This document shows positions 1-13,974 of a stretch of DNA of 64,000 nucleotides, piece by piece. Each line of letters opens with the position of its first letter. The first letter of the stretch is position 1. The stretch comes from Octopus sinensis (Eukaryota). The stretch is from positions 4,464,001 to 4,528,000 of the forward strand of contig NC_042998.1 of NCBI RefSeq assembly GCF_006345805.1, in the 5' to 3' direction. The notes beneath the pieces are model-generated. The model ran no database searches and was not told the origin of the DNA. It was given only the letters and a program-made list of their open reading frames with translations. The translations under genes and the position numbers were made by a program.

Positions 1-940
1 AATTGATGTGACAGAGTGAACGGCCGACCAAGAATTACAAGAACTAACAAGTTGAAACAAGAGTGGTTAAAAACGTGCAGATAAAATTATATATATTGTA
101 GACAGTTTTGAAGATGATCCACTAGAGAAATTTCAGCAACTGAGAGTTAAAAGTGGTTAACTTAAAAGTAATGGCATGACTCTTAGTGAAAGGTAATGTA
201 TTGAAAATTAAGATATGATTTTATAAATACTGGAGATGTCAGCACACTGATATTAGCGGGTGCAAATATAGTCTAGACCTGTTGAGAAGAAAGAAGCACA
301 AGAGACGGATTGGCAATTATTTTGGTGGAAAAAATGGATATAAAGTAATATTACCAGACATAGAAGAGATATAAATACCTCGGCCAAGTGAAAGCGAGAC
401 AGCTTTCAAGAGTAAATTGCAGATCAAAGGGAGTGAGGCAGGTTAATAGAATTGGAAGTGAAGCGGTTAGTGAAGAGCTAAAGCGAAGAGAGAGGTAAAA
501 TGTTGCTCAAATTAGAAAATACAGAGAAAGAAATAACTAGCAAAATCACGTTTTTCACACAGAATAAGACAGAGAGAAATGATAAAATAAAGCCACAGAA
601 TGAAGAAAACTATTTATTCAGGGGAGAAATCTGAGAGAAAGTTGTGAAGCAAAAATATGCACTACAATGAATAAAACAAGTGAAAAATTAACTGCACAAA
701 ACTTTTAAGACTCAGAAGAATTTTCACCTTCACGAAAGCTGGACTTCTTTCTGTCAAGTGTTCCAGATGAACCAACTTCGCAGCAGGAGGTGCAGATGAG
801 GGCAGCTGCATCAAACTCCCATGCACCAAATGTCTATTCCTAAAAAGCATTCGTGGAACAAAATTATGTAGCAACACCAAATGGCAGAGCCCCAGCATGG
901 CCACAGCTCGTGAGCCGAAACTAGATAAAATAAAAAGATA
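1..940 (+). mobile_element. Decayed 3' end of a CR1/L2-type LINE
   Basis: + strand 733-825 reads RKLDFFLSSVPDEP...MRAAASNS, the C-terminus typical of this LINE group. It is followed by a gcatggccacagctc...gaaactagataaaataaaa tail. Upstream frames are broken, so the left extent is uncertain. Confidence 0.6.
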
Positions 941-1445
941 AATAAGATGTAAATTCAGTTAGAAAATATGGAAAGCTGCTGGACTAAAACTTGTTCAAGA
1001 TTACTGACTGAAGATTTTATAATCTTCGCGAAATCATAATAAAACAAGTAGATGAGTGTATTACAGAAGCGGATGCATCGATACTGCAAGCTAAAGGAGG
1101 AACTCGAAAAATTAAAAAAAGTACTGTCGCATAAATATCGTCCACTTCCGGGTTTACCACTTCTGATGAAGTTCCTAACGTTGATAATTGCTGTAGACAT
1201 AAATTACCTTCTACACAGGAAGCATGTAATTCTTTACAAAATAGTAGAATGAAACGTTAATGATTGATAAGATGGTCGTGAGGGACAGCAGGAAGTATTT
1301 AAGAAATTTTTGCATAATGTTGATTAATTATAAATGTCATATTACCTAGTCCCAGTCTCGTAGATCAAATGATATCTAGAACTCGGAAACAAATTACCTA
1401 TTTGAAAATGAAATGTGATATTGGACAGGAGGGGAAAAACAAGCC

Positions 1446-1470
1446 ATAATGATTATAATAATAATAATAA

Positions 1471-1518
<48 letters not shown>

Positions 1519-1593
1519 CACAGCACATACCCAAGGCACACAGAGCTGCGCTCGGTAGTGAAGTGAAAGCACGCTATAAAAATAAAACTACTA

Positions 1594-1630
<37 letters not shown>
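1446..1630. repeat. Two (TAA)n arrays flanking a 73 bp unique insert (1520-1592)
   Basis: Direct reading. The insert ends in aaaataaaactactaaataataat and looks like a retroelement 3' end running into TAA repeats. Confidence 0.85.
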
Positions 1631-1634
<4 letters not shown>

Positions 1635-1902
1635 GCATGATAGAGCAGCACAATGTATTCCCTGGGTAACTTGCAAAAACTTGGACCTGCCACATGATAA
1701 AAACTGATAGGAACACGAGCCACCTCTAGTGCTTCAAAATGATCACATTTCACTCCTCTGAACTTCACCATTCCAACTGACAGAAAGATAGATGCGAATA
1801 GGCTAGATATTATATTGAAAGACTTCAAACAAAAATCATGCCTCCTCATTAATATGACTGTCCCAATCGATATAAATGTATTTGTAAAGACCTACCAAAA
1901 GC
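1631..1902 (+). mobile_element. R4/Dong-type non-LTR retrotransposon fragment (restriction-like endonuclease domain)
   Basis: With two stops, one frameshift: KHDRAAQCIPWVTCKNLDLPHDKN**EHEPPLVLQNDHISLL / NFTIPTDRKIDANRLDIILKDFKQKSCLLINMTVPIDIN. This matches the RHD...W.F.I.TD...RPDI...ID.AVP.D.N pattern of REL endonucleases. Confidence 0.8.
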
Positions 1903-2280
1903 TGTTCACTATTGGGTTATTACGTACAGCAAATAATACTATGTTAAGAAAGAAATACATAAACATAGATATTTTCTTTTTTTAATAATTCGTTTTTACT
2001 TTTCCATTCATATTTGTTTAAGAAAATTGCATATAGTTACATATAATTATATATTTCATTAGATCTTATGCTTGCTTTTTAGGAGAGGATGCAGTACTCA
2101 TGACCCATTAGAAGGCCTCTGTAACTAATGGGAAAGAGTGAGGACGATATCTTCAGATTAGAAGCCTGACCTGCATGCTAAAAAAAGAGGGGAGAGTGGG
2201 CTCCGATAAAATCATCCAAGGTACCAGACCGCAATTTTAAACTGGGCAACGTATTTTTAGGTTCAAAATACCTGTATGCA
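1903..2280 (+). repeat. ~375 bp direct repeat, copy 1 (copy 2 at 5255-5635)
   Basis: tgttcactattgggttattacg...ggttcaaaatacct is shared, roughly 90% identical by eye. Confidence 0.9.
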
Positions 2281-2727
2281 ACGCTCGCTCTCTCATATAC
2301 TTGTAAATTTTGGTTTATTTTGCACCATGGCCTTTTGTCATACTACTTTCAGAATAGCATTCAAAATTCTCCTCAGATCATCATATATGCCAATCTGCAG
2401 GTTGCGAAAGGTAAATAATGCAACTGCGGTTTCTATGAGAAAGCCTCTGAGCTTGCGTATTTACCCACATGTGCTCTGAGGAGGTGGAGCAATGTAGTTT
2501 TCGGGAATGTGTTTCATTTACTGGTTCTGGACCTCCCTAAATTGATAAATACATTTAGAGAGCTTTCTCTTGATCGTATGATGTGATTTGTGTTGTAGTT
2601 GATCTTCGAGTCTAAATTTGCTTTCATGAATCTTCGCGCTTTCATGAATATTGAGCTCCTTGAGGCAGAACTCCTTTGTTTTCGCCTTGTACTCACGTGC
2701 CTTGCCTTATCCAAATCTTGTAGCCTC

Positions 2728-2975
<248 letters not shown>

Positions 2976-2978
2976 ATG

Positions 2979-3361
2979 TGTGGAGGCGCAATGGCCCAGT
3001 GGTTAGGGCAGCGGACTCGCGGTCATAGGATCGCGGTTTCGATTCCAGACCGGGCGTTGTGAGTGTTTATTGAGCGAAAACACCTAAAGCTCCACGAGGC
3101 TCCGGCAGGGGATGGTGGTGATCCCTGCTGTACTCTTTCATCACAACTTTCTCTCACTCTTACTTCCTGTTTCTGTTGTACCTGTATTTCAAAGGGCCGG
3201 CCTTGTCACTCTCTGTGTCATGCTGAATATCCCCGAGAACTACGTTAAGGGTACACGTGTCTGTGGAGTGCTCAGCCACTTACACGTTAATTTTACGAGC
3301 AGGCTGTTCCGTTGATTCGGATCAACCGGAACCCTGGTCGTCGGAACCGACGGAGTGCTTC
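2979..3361 (+). mobile_element. tRNA-derived SINE, family A
   Basis: Head ggaggcgcaatggcccagtggttagggcagcggactcg...ggtttcgattcc with A and B boxes. A near-identical copy lies at 35600-35945. Confidence 0.85.
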
Positions 3362-4660
3362 AGAATATATGTATGTATATGCCTTTATATATGTGAGTTG
3401 GTGTATTGGGTGTGTGGGCGTTTGTTTGTACGTGTGCTCGAATGTATTTTCATTTTTCGTGACAGCATAGTAACAAGAAAAAATGAAAACTGCAGTCTTC
3501 ACAACAACCACGTAATCCATATTCACTACGTTTTCAACCTCAGTTTGTTTCTTTCTTCTACGTTTTTGCTTGGATTGCTTCTGTGTGTTCATCTTCAACA
3601 TTTTGTCACATTGAAATAACTCCTATTAGTATTGCCTGTTCGTGGATTCAGGAACTAAGCATGACATTTATAATTCATGTCATGTTTAATTTTTTTTTGT
3701 TTTCGTTCTTTTGTCATCGCTTAATATCGCAGTGCATTTTGCAATTCCAACCAAGTGCATAATATAGAGAAAGCATCAGAGTTTAGTCGTGAATCTGATA
3801 CACGATTCTTCCGTTTCCTAGATACAACATTATAACATAACGTAATTTTATGAATTGTATGGTAATTTAAGCCAAATACTTTTGAAGACATATTCAATAT
3901 GCAAATCTGTCATCATTCAGACGTCTACGACTAATATTAATGTATTAGTTATTGATATTTGAGATAATAGACGATATAAAATAGCTATGTATTACAAATT
4001 GTGAACAATATAGTTAAAAGAAGATTGTTCATTTCGTTACGATGACACTCTCAGCGCTAGATGCTATACCATCACATACTGCTTTACTGCTTATGTCAGT
4101 GAAATACAGTTTGAAATACATTGGGTTGATACTAATAACTGTTTTCGCAAATAAAATTCTGGTCTGATAACTGATAGTGAGACTAAATTTCAAAGTATGA
4201 CAATATAAAATGCAGTACAAATATTTACCACTATGGCTTACTGACTACTCTTTAGCATTTATAAAACCTTCAGACAAAAAGGTCCAGGAACAAAAAATAA
4301 TAAAAAAAGAACGATGCTGAGATACAATTGTTATTACGAGTTGTAAGAAGAACGAAAGAGAGGCAGTGACAGAAATATAATTAGGGCTTACAATTTTAGA
4401 TTGATATGTTTCGTCGAAATCAATAACGCCAACGCAATTTCGATATTACATATGCATAATAAAACACAATTTTACTAAGCCTCACAGACATATATATGTA
4501 TTATGCGTGTAGATGTCAGGCCACAGGGACAAAAAGATGAAAACACATAGTATAATAGGCTCACAAGAAAGCTTTCATTCACGCATTAATGTTATGAAAT
4601 CACACATGAAAGCACTAATATTGTTTTCACTCTTGCATTCATACTTGCACGCATACCTAA

Positions 4661-4663
4661 CTA

Positions 4664-4756
<93 letters not shown>

Positions 4757-4765
4757 GTCTGTGTT

Positions 4766-4802
<37 letters not shown>

Positions 4803-4985
4803 TTATCTATCTTGCTATCTACCGATGTGCAAGCATTGTATGCAATAGTTTATGTATGTATACACACATACACATATGTGTATATATATATATATATATA
4901 TACACACACATACATATTTATATATTGTGTGTGTTGTGGGTGTATGTATGCATATATACATACATACATACACACATACACACAT

Positions 4986-5040
<55 letters not shown>
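4661..5040. repeat. (CTAT)n followed by (TA)/(CA) microsatellites
   Basis: Direct reading. Confidence 0.95.
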
Positions 5041-5043
<3 letters not shown>

Positions 5044-5254
5044 GTTTTTATTAAATAAACATATTAACTGAATGGATTTACATCGAATGCAGTGATAGTA
5101 AAAAGACCCAAAAGGCAAAAACTGGTTTATGAAAGAAAGCGATTACCAAGAGTGAGTAATCCTGCCTTTGTTCAGATGCATTCCATCTAACATTCAGTGA
5201 AGCATGGCTTTCAAAGGTGCAAACATCTACTAAATCTTATTAATGAAATTAACT

Positions 5255-5635
5255 TGTTCACTATTGGGTTATTACGCACAGCAAATAATACTATGTTAAG
5301 AAAAAAATAAACATAAATATTTTCTTTTCTTGATAATTCGCTTTTACTTTTTCATTCATATTTGTTTAAGAAAATTACATAAAGCTACATATACTTATAT
5401 ATTTCATTAGATCTTATGCTTGCTTTTTAAAGTCAGGTGAGATTGTAGTACTCATGACCCATTAGAAGGCCTCAGTAGGTAATGGAAAAAAGTGAGGACG
5501 ATATCTTCAGATTAGAAGCCTGACCTGCATGCTAGCAAAAGAATGGAGAGTGGGCTCCGATAAAACCATCCAAGGTACCTGATCGCAATTTTAATCCGGG
5601 CAACGTATTTTCAGGTTCAAAATACCTATGCTGCA
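5255..5635 (+). repeat. ~375 bp direct repeat, copy 2
   Basis: Matches 1903-2280. Confidence 0.9.
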
Positions 5636-5864
5636 CGTTAGACCAGTGTCATCCACCATAGACCAGGACCGACTAAAACCTTGTAAATTGAACTTTTATA
5701 TATATATATATATGTTTGAAAATCTATAAGAATTACTTAATACAATTTTTCAAGTGTAATGGCCAAGCATGCATATTTAAGGAGATATTGCTACTGACTT
5801 TGCACCACAATCCACGAATATAATGCACTATTTCTTTTCTCCAAACACAATGATATATGTAGAA

Positions 5865-6367
5865 CCGTAAATCCTCGAGTATAATCATCTGTGATTTTTA
5901 GGGGGCTGTACCTCTGAAAAACCTAAACCTTGTGTATAATACGCTCCCCTTCTCTAACTTGAATCGTGCGTAATTAAGCCAGCAGCACTAAGTCGAACAA
6001 ACACTTCCGTGCATGCGTAATACAATAATGGCGATGTTCTTAACTGTTATATGGGAATGTAAATGTGTTTGCAAATTGTTTTTGTTACATGCCATTCTGT
6101 GTTCTGAATACTTTTATTTTAATAAATGTTGCTTACAGCAAGTTATGGATGATTCTTTTATGACTTCATTGCTTTCAGGCTTAGCTTAAGGTATTTTCGC
6201 GCCCGACATCACAAAATACGTCTGAATAAACATTGCCGGGAAGCAAATAGAGACTCGGACATTGCCTAGAAACTATTTTTCATTTTTAACCTTGTATATA
6301 GTACGCACTAAGGATTTTGACCTTTAAATTTTGGGAAAAAATGCGGATTATACTCGAGGATTTACGG
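5865..6367. mobile_element. Non-autonomous Tc1/mariner-superfamily (Tc2/pogo-like) MITE
   Basis: Perfect 22 bp TIRs: ccgtaaatcctcgagtataatc (5865-5886) and gattatactcgaggatttacgg (6346-6367). The TA TSDs have decayed (aa / tg), and there is no internal ORF. Confidence 0.8.
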
Positions 6368-6884
6368 TGTGTTAAAGGTGTATAAGTCAATACTAACTCC
6401 TAATTGTGTCAGCAAAGCGTTATTTTCATCATGGTTACAAAACAAAATACGGTGATCCCTAACCTCTACAAATATGCACGTGCCAGTTGCTAGGAATGTG
6501 GTTAATATATGAATTGGTTTATCCAACAGTGTTACACCGCTACACTAAGTGCGATTTAATGAACGTATTTGTGGATAGTTAATGGGTTGGTGCTGAGGAA
6601 GAAGCAATAACTCCTGAAATATGCATATATGCCCATTACCTTATTACCTATTTTTCTATCTTCAATCACATTGTTTACATAAATACATAAACATAATCGT
6701 ATACGAAACGTCGTAACTTTCAGTACTAGCTCTAAGTTGTAAAGAAAATCTTTAGTGAACTGTTAACACCAAAGTAGGACACATTAGTATTGACTTAAAA
6801 TACTTTAATATGCTTGGTAGTCTATTGTGTTTGCAAAGGAATATACTGTGTCCCTAGCAGCAATTTGTGTATACAATTTGTGCA

Positions 6885-7517
6885 TACAATTCCAGCTCAT
6901 CGTTATCCACCTTGGTCTCAGGTCAACCACGGGGCTGATTTTCAAGAGTAAAGTCACTAGACTGGAACTTTTCAAACGATCGACGTATAGTGCTCTCATT
7001 CGCCACATCTTCACCAGACACCTCATTGATGTTTCGAGCCGTCTGGATGCACTGGCCATACGACGGAATTCTTATTTATAAACAACACGAATTTTCGATC
7101 TACCCATACGTTTACAAAAATTAGTTTACAAGAGAAAAATCACAATATATATTTCTTTATTGCCCACAAGGGGCTAAACATAGAAGGGAAAAACAAGCAC
7201 AGACAAAGGGATAAGTCGATTACATCGACCCCAGTGCGAAACTGGTACTTTATTTACCGACCCCGAAAGGATGAAAGGCAAAGTCGACCTCGGCGGAATT
7301 TGAACTCAGAACGTAACGACAGACGAAATACCGCTAAGCATTTCGCCCGGCGCTAACGTGTCTGCCAGACACCATGAATTGCATTTCGAAAAGTAATAAC
7401 GTAACTCTTCAATGTTGTAAAACAAAGAATTGTCAGGATAAAACATTAAAAGTTAACGACTGTCAAACTTGGTGCATAAGAAAATCGGCCATTTCATTCT
7501 TAATAATCTGACAGTAG
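6885..7517 (-). mobile_element. Mariner 5' fragment (N-terminal HTH), interrupted by a SINE
   Basis: Minus strand ~7100-6890 reads IRVVYK*EFRR / QTARNINEVSGEDVANESTIRRSFEKFQSSDFTLENQPRG*PETKVDNDEL. The 5' extent is uncertain. Confidence 0.75.
7147..7368 (-). mobile_element. tRNA-derived SINE, family B
   Basis: Reverse complement of ctggcaga...gagttcaaattccgccgaggtcgactttgcctttcatcc...aaagaaata. This family has many copies in the window. Confidence 0.9.
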
Positions 7518-10127
7518 CTATAAACCTAAAATGTACATGTCCGTTTAAGTTTAGACGACATATAAACCAAAATGATAATAAACTACCCAAAGTACAGTAA
7601 ATATTGCTTCCCAAGTATATCGAGACACTAATATAAAAATATTATAACCCCTCCATTTTTTTGCGTTGTCATCTAAAGAATCCATATTATTTTCCACCAA
7701 CATAATTCATCTTTATAATCTGTGTTGTTGCTATTATATTTAATTTCTCAATGAAGCAAGAATCGTATGATTTAGAAAATAATGCAACGTGCGTTAAATG
7801 TCACAATGGACAGTACAAGTGCATCCATTGCATAACAAGGAGACCATTATGTTCACAACAATACATTTCTGAGGTTAATGACTCATGAACTGTTCCAAAC
7901 TACAAAAATCATACAATATTTTTTTCTCCATGTTTTATCTAAAGCAATGGACACTGATTTTTCGCTTTCGCTTTGCATTTGTTATGAAAAGCATCATTGC
8001 CTTTTTATCCTATGCCATGAATGCATTTCTCATTAAAATGCATGTCCAACTGCCATCAACGAGCTACATAGTTTTGCATCGATAGATCAGAAACAAACGC
8101 CGGTGTAGGTTTCCCATTAACATCTTCAATTCAATTAAGTAGAACTCATTAGGGATTTGTTTGATTCATAAATCCTTACAAAGTAATCACGAAGCTAAAT
8201 GCTAATATGTTGCTAAGTTTTACCCTGGATACTATATAGTAATATTATTTGGCACTGCTTAGTTCATAGTCTTTTGACAGGGATGATCATGTAACTTTCT
8301 TTTCTCATAATTGACTCTGTAGTAGAGCTGTTATTTTTTCTCCTACATATTACGTTCGTAGAGCTTATTACACACGCATTTGTGAGACAATAACGTTGGT
8401 GAAATAGAGATAATGTTTTCTCTAAATATTGAAGTACGGAGCATTGTGAAAAATCTCAACTTTCCATTGAGCTAAGTAGCTTCTAATGTGTCCAGTATAT
8501 TCTGAATTAATTGAATAAATTGAAACTTTCAAAGAAAATACCTGCTCCTTAAAATATAAATTTGCTGATACGCAGATCATGTTCAAGCTATAACAGTAAT
8601 AGCTATATGTAAGCACTTTCGTCTATGTTAGCAATGCAATGCATTTTATGAGAATATTACTAAAATAAATAGTAAATGACAAAACAGGGACATCGCGAGG
8701 TCTTCTAATGGTTGTGTGCTGTTTCCCTTAGTTTTTGTTTTCATTTTTACATAGAGAGCACATGTAGGCTAAAGAATGTCAATGACATGTAGCTACTCCT
8801 GAGAGGTCATATGATATCGGGAATAGAAAAATGCATAAGTGAATCTATGAATGATTGCAGGTTGTTTACACGGAAATGTTCAGGAAGTAATTGGGCGAAC
8901 CAGAGCTATCACTTCCTGTAATGTATCACTTTCGAAAATATAATACGTCTTTAGGAATTTAACAAAGAACAGTCGCATTGTCAAGATTCGTAAATAGATT
9001 GATTGATCTGGAAACAGTCGAAGCAATATTTCACTCCTGTTCCTGCATTTATCAATTATAATGATTACGAACATCAGATATTGGTGTACAATAAATACAG
9101 TATTGAAATCAGAACGATGAATCCAAACCTTCTGATCCGTGTCAAAGTCAATTACAAACCTGTAATAATGGATTAAGGTAACAGAAATTGATTACAGATG
9201 ATTGTCATTCGTATATAAGTGATTGCAGTATTTTGACTTTCACACCAAAACCTGCCAACAATAATTTTTGTTAGGAAACTATAAACATTAGTTGACTTGT
9301 GGTACGATAAGATATCACCTAAATATATCAATATATTCTCTCATGAAACTATAATAGAATTTTCCACGTTTGTCAGTTATTTTTAGTATCAAGCAATATC
9401 ATATTTCATTAACTAAGAAAGATTACGTATCATTTCACAACATTCTTTTCACATGAAACAATCAAATTCCTCACAGTAAATATTTTAAAGTTCATTCTAT
9501 ATAATTCCCAGAAAAACATTCGATATAGCAACAGTCGAAAGCGAAACCATGCACCACTTGTGACATAAGCAACATTTAAATTAAGCCTCATAGACGTTAA
9601 GTCGAATACATTTTCAAAAATGCTCATATGAAACCGACACCAAATATATTTCAGATTGATTGTGTCTTATTTGGACATTGTAGAGAATTATGAAACGAAA
9701 CTTTTCTGGCACTGTTAAGGAAGGAAACAACTCACTAATACCCGTGCACCCTTTATATTCTTTGGTGTATTACAATATATTTCTTGATATTTACAATGAT
9801 CGTCACATTTTATTGTTGGAGGAGACAATGATTGGCCTACTCTTGTTGACTCATATTTTTATCATCTCTGTTTATGAAAGCTATACCAAAGTTTTAACAC
9901 ACACAAATTGTCAGTTAGAAGCGCACAATATTTTACAGTTCAATTTCGAAATATATTGAAATAATTCCAATAGGCGTGGTTATGTGATTAAAGAGTTCTA
10001 TTCGAAAGCAAGTGGTTTGAACTTCAGTTACTCTGTGTACTACAACGTTCGGTAAATATCTTTCTGATGCCGACCAATGCCTTATAGCTTTGTGAATGGA
10101 TTTGGCTGGCAGAAACAGTATGTAAAC

Positions 10128-10393
10128 GGCGAGCTGGCAGAATAGTCGTGCTGGTAGAAGCGTCGAGCTGGCAGAAGCGTTAGCATGTCAGGCGAAGTGC
10201 TTAGCGGTATTTCTGCTGCCGCTACGTTCTGAGTTCAAATTCCGCCGAGGTCGACTTTGCCTTTCATCCTTCCGGGGTCAATAAATTAAGTACATGTCAC
10301 ACACTGGGGTTGATGTAGTCGCCTTACTCCCTTTGTCTGTCCATGTTTGTTTCCTCTATGTTTATCTGCTTGTGGGCAATAAAGAAATAAGAA
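10128..10393 (+). mobile_element. SINE family B with duplicated head
   Basis: gcgagctggcagaa occurs twice, followed by the B box gagttcaaattcc and the aagaaata tail. Confidence 0.9.
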
Positions 10394-11366
10394 ACAGTAC
10401 GTAAGTGTGTTCTCTATCGTTTTACCTTTTGCAGTCACTTTCGGGTTCTGTCTTGAAAGCATTTTTGAGAAAATCGACTCCAATATTCATTTTAAATCTG
10501 GCATATACTGAGTTGGTCTCTTTTTTCAGAACTTAATTTACGTAGACATAAACCAAGCATCACAGGTTATGAAGCGATGAGAGCCGAAAACACAAAGAAG
10601 TGCGCCTGCGCACAAACATATACGACAGACACCAACCCAGTTTCCGCCTAGTAAATTCATTGACAGCGCTGTAGTAGGAAACATTTGCCCAGCGGAACTG
10701 AATTCGCTAGCATGTAGTTGCAAGGCATACTTCTTGACCATGCCAAAACGCCTGTCTTTATGCGCACCAGGTATATGTGCAAATGTGCGCGTGTATGCAA
10801 ATATTTCTGCTTGCATTTGTCTCGCTTAGCAATGACAACCGGTTTTGGTTTGTTGTCGTTCTTGTTACCTAATAGCGCAACACAAAGGAGACCATAAAAT
10901 TAAGTAACATACTTAAAGAATAGTGATATACTATTCTTAAGAATAGTAAAATTAAGTACTACACTTGAAGAAAATGACGGGATCGACTTCGCCGACAAAT
11001 ATTGTTGAAGAAGCTTTTCCCGTATGGACACACACCAAAAGCTAAAACAAGTAAAAGAGTAAGAATACATAAACAAAAAACGGTTGCATATCACTAATGT
11101 TGTAGTCGTTCGCATTTTTTATATTACTAAAGCTCTATTTTGCCGGTTCGATATTTCGGGTGCACAAATTTTATATTGAGGAAGTTAATACGTCAGTTTT
11201 CATGAATTTCGTGGATGCAGAAAGTAGATCTATACGTTCTTTTAATTGCAACTAGTCGTACCACTAATTTACACACAGGCAGGAACACACACTCTCACGT
11301 ACCTACCTACCTACCTACCTACCTACCTACCTACTACCTACCTATCTACCTACTTGTCTACATACC

Positions 11367-11586
11367 TATTTCTTTACTACCCACAAGGGGCTAAATACAG
11401 AGGGGACAAACAAGGACAGACAAAGGAATTAAGTCCCCAGTGCGTAACTGGTACTTAATTTATCGACTCCAAAAGGATGAAAGGCAAAGTCGACCTCGGC
11501 GTTATTTGAACTCAGAACGTAACGGCAGACGAAATACTTCTAAGCATTTCGCTCGACGTGCTAACGTTTCTGTCAGCTCACCGCCT
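11367..11586 (-). mobile_element. SINE family B
   Basis: Full-length reverse copy abutting a mariner TIR. Confidence 0.9.
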
Positions 11587-11588
11587 TA

Positions 11589-12853
11589 TACGATGAGCGT
11601 TCAATAAGTAATGCCCCTGACCCACTTCCCATAGCAGTAGAGCAACAAAACTTTATTAGTAATTTTCTACATAGGAACCACCCAGAGTTACGCATTTCTC
11701 CCATTGTTTGATGCAGCTCTGGAGACCGTTTTTATAGAAGATCCCAGCTTGGTCCTCCAACCTGAACGCGACTTCAGAAATCAAGGCTGCATCATCTGGG
11801 AAACGCTTTCCTTTCAAAAACAACTTCATGACTGGGAAGAGGTGAAAATCAGAGGGTGCAAGGTCAGGAAAGTATGGGGGTGGGGGAGGAGTTCATAGCC
11901 ATACGCCTGTGCTTCTGATCTGGCGACAAGCGAGTTGTGGACCGGAGCGTTGTCCTGCAGGAGGAGGATGCCTTTGCTGATCTTGCCCCGCCTCTTGATT
12001 TTGATAACTTCTCTTAATTTCCTCAAAAGTGAAGCATAATAGGCTCCTGCAATTGTGGTACCCTTTGCCAGGAAATCTGTCATCACTACTCCGTCCTGGT
12101 CCCAGAAGACTGTGAGCATGACCTTGCCAGCGGAGGGCTGCACCCTTGCCTTCTTTGGAGGGGGTGAGTCACAGTGCTTCCACTGCATTGACTGGGCTTT
12201 GGTCTCTGGATCATCGTGATGGACCCAGGTTTCATCCTGTGTAATCAGTCTTTTGAAAAATTTTGACTCATCTTGGCACATCTCCAAATTCACCCTCGAG
12301 CACTCGACGCGTTCTTGCTTCTGGAAAGGCGTGAGCAACCTGGGAATCCATCTGGCAGATACCTTTTGCATATGCAAATGGTCATGAATGATAGTTTCCA
12401 CAGATCCGGTACTAATCTTGACCTCATGGGCTATTTGGCGAATAGTTATGCGTCGATCTTCCAAAATGGCAGCCTCAACTTGACGGACAGATGCCTCATC
12501 AATGGCAGAAGGGGGCGACCAGATCTGGGAGCTGTTTCCACAGAGTTCCGACCATGTTTGAATTCACGATGCCAGCGTTTTACAAGGTCATATGATGGCG
12601 CATCATCACCATAAGTTACTTTCATTTCATCAAAAGTTTCCCGTGGCGTGCGTCCTTTCAAATACAAAAACCGGATCACTGCTCGACACTCAACAGGCTC
12701 CATTTCACACTTGACTCGGTTCAAATACCTGTAAATCAGAAACCTCAATTAATTCAGTGCTATAGAGATATAAATGATTGCACATGCAAAATTTCAGCTA
12801 GATCAAACAACTGCAAGTGGGTCAGAGGCATTACTTATTGAACGTCCCTCGTA
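11589..12853 (-). mobile_element. Full-length mariner (DD34D) transposon, probably irritans-like
   Basis: TIRs tacgatgagcgttcaataagtaatgcccctgaccc and gggtcagaggcattacttattgaacgtccctcgta, with TA at both ends. Confidence 0.95.
11656..12703 (-). pseudogene. Mariner transposase pseudogene (two frameshifts)
   Basis: MEPVECRAVIRFLYLKG...RSGRP / ...WIPRLL...ITQDETWVH...LLQDNAPVH...ELLPHP / PYFPDLAPSDFHLFP...WEKCVTLGGSYVENY*. Confidence 0.92.
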
Positions 12854-13619
12854 CCTACCTACCTACCTACCGACCTACCTACCTACCTACCTACACAATA
12901 CATACATATCTACCTGCATGTATGTACGTGTGAAGGTACAGGCACATGTAGAAGCTCTGTGTGTTTCGTATAGAAAATTTCAAAGATTCCTCACTATTAT
13001 CATTTATTTCCCGCTGCATTGGTCAGTCAGATCCAATTGCAAAATATTCCACACATTCTCACTCCTTGAAACACTAACTTTATACATTGTGATTAATCGA
13101 AATTTCGAGAAACTATCTTCCTTCGAAGGGAAGTTAATAAAATGTCAGATGTGCCTGCGTCTTTATTATATGCCTGATTTACATATGCATACCTATCTAT
13201 CTTCATTGCATCATTTAGATTCAGATATATTCTGTCCTATATTTTCATCTAGAAAATGTTTTCACCTCATTAAGCCCTTTGATAATCTTTGCACAAAAAA
13301 TATTTTTCTTGATAAGTAAGCCGTATCTATATCATTAATATATATATATATATATACATATATATAAATAGATGAGTGTATTTTTACCTTGTTAACAATT
13401 AACACGGAAAAAAAATAAATAGTTACCAGGGCAGCAAAAATCTCACAAGTAAATTATATATATATATATAATTTATTGCTCCGCACATACGCACACAGAC
13501 GCATATATATGCATGCACGTATATATATGTGTGTATGTATACATATTCGAACATACAAACGCATACGTATGTACGCATCACTAGATTAACATATATGAAT
13601 ACACATACGCGTACAACAA

Positions 13620-13968
13620 GAAGACATTTTTAGAGAGTTATAGCAAAAAAATAGCAAAAAAATGCATTAAAAATGCAAAAAAATGATGGTAAATTTTTTT
13701 TTAAATCGTTGACTCATCGTAGACATTTTTAGAGAGTTACTTCCCTTATATAATAGCGAAAAAATGCATTAAAATGGAAAAAAATGATGGTAAATTTTTT
13801 TTTAAATCGTAGACTCATCGTAGACGCGCGCTAATACCCAGAAGGGCTCGATATGAATCACGACTGTAAGATACCCGGCTTTGGTTAAACTGCACCGCAA
13901 AATGTGGGAGTAATTAGGAATCTAAATCGTAGGAGACAGACACACAACTTCTCTTTTATATATAAAGA
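13620..13968 (-). mobile_element. Probable Helitron/DINE-like non-autonomous element (5' end) with a ~97 bp internal tandem repeat
   Basis: Minus strand starts a|tctttatatataaaagagaagttgtgtgt. A duplicated unit tttttagagagtta...aaatcgt(t/a)gactcatcgtagac is present. The 3' end is not established. Confidence 0.45.
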
Positions 13969-13974
13969 TATATC

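Noticed and set aside
2982-3056. tRNA-like heads of SINE families A-D
   Set aside because: They run directly into SINE bodies and lack a complete cloverleaf, so they are not tRNA genes.
7750-7890. NNATCVKCHNGQYKCIHC, superficially EGF-like
   Set aside because: Cysteine spacing does not fit EGF, splice sites are weak, and there is no partner exon.
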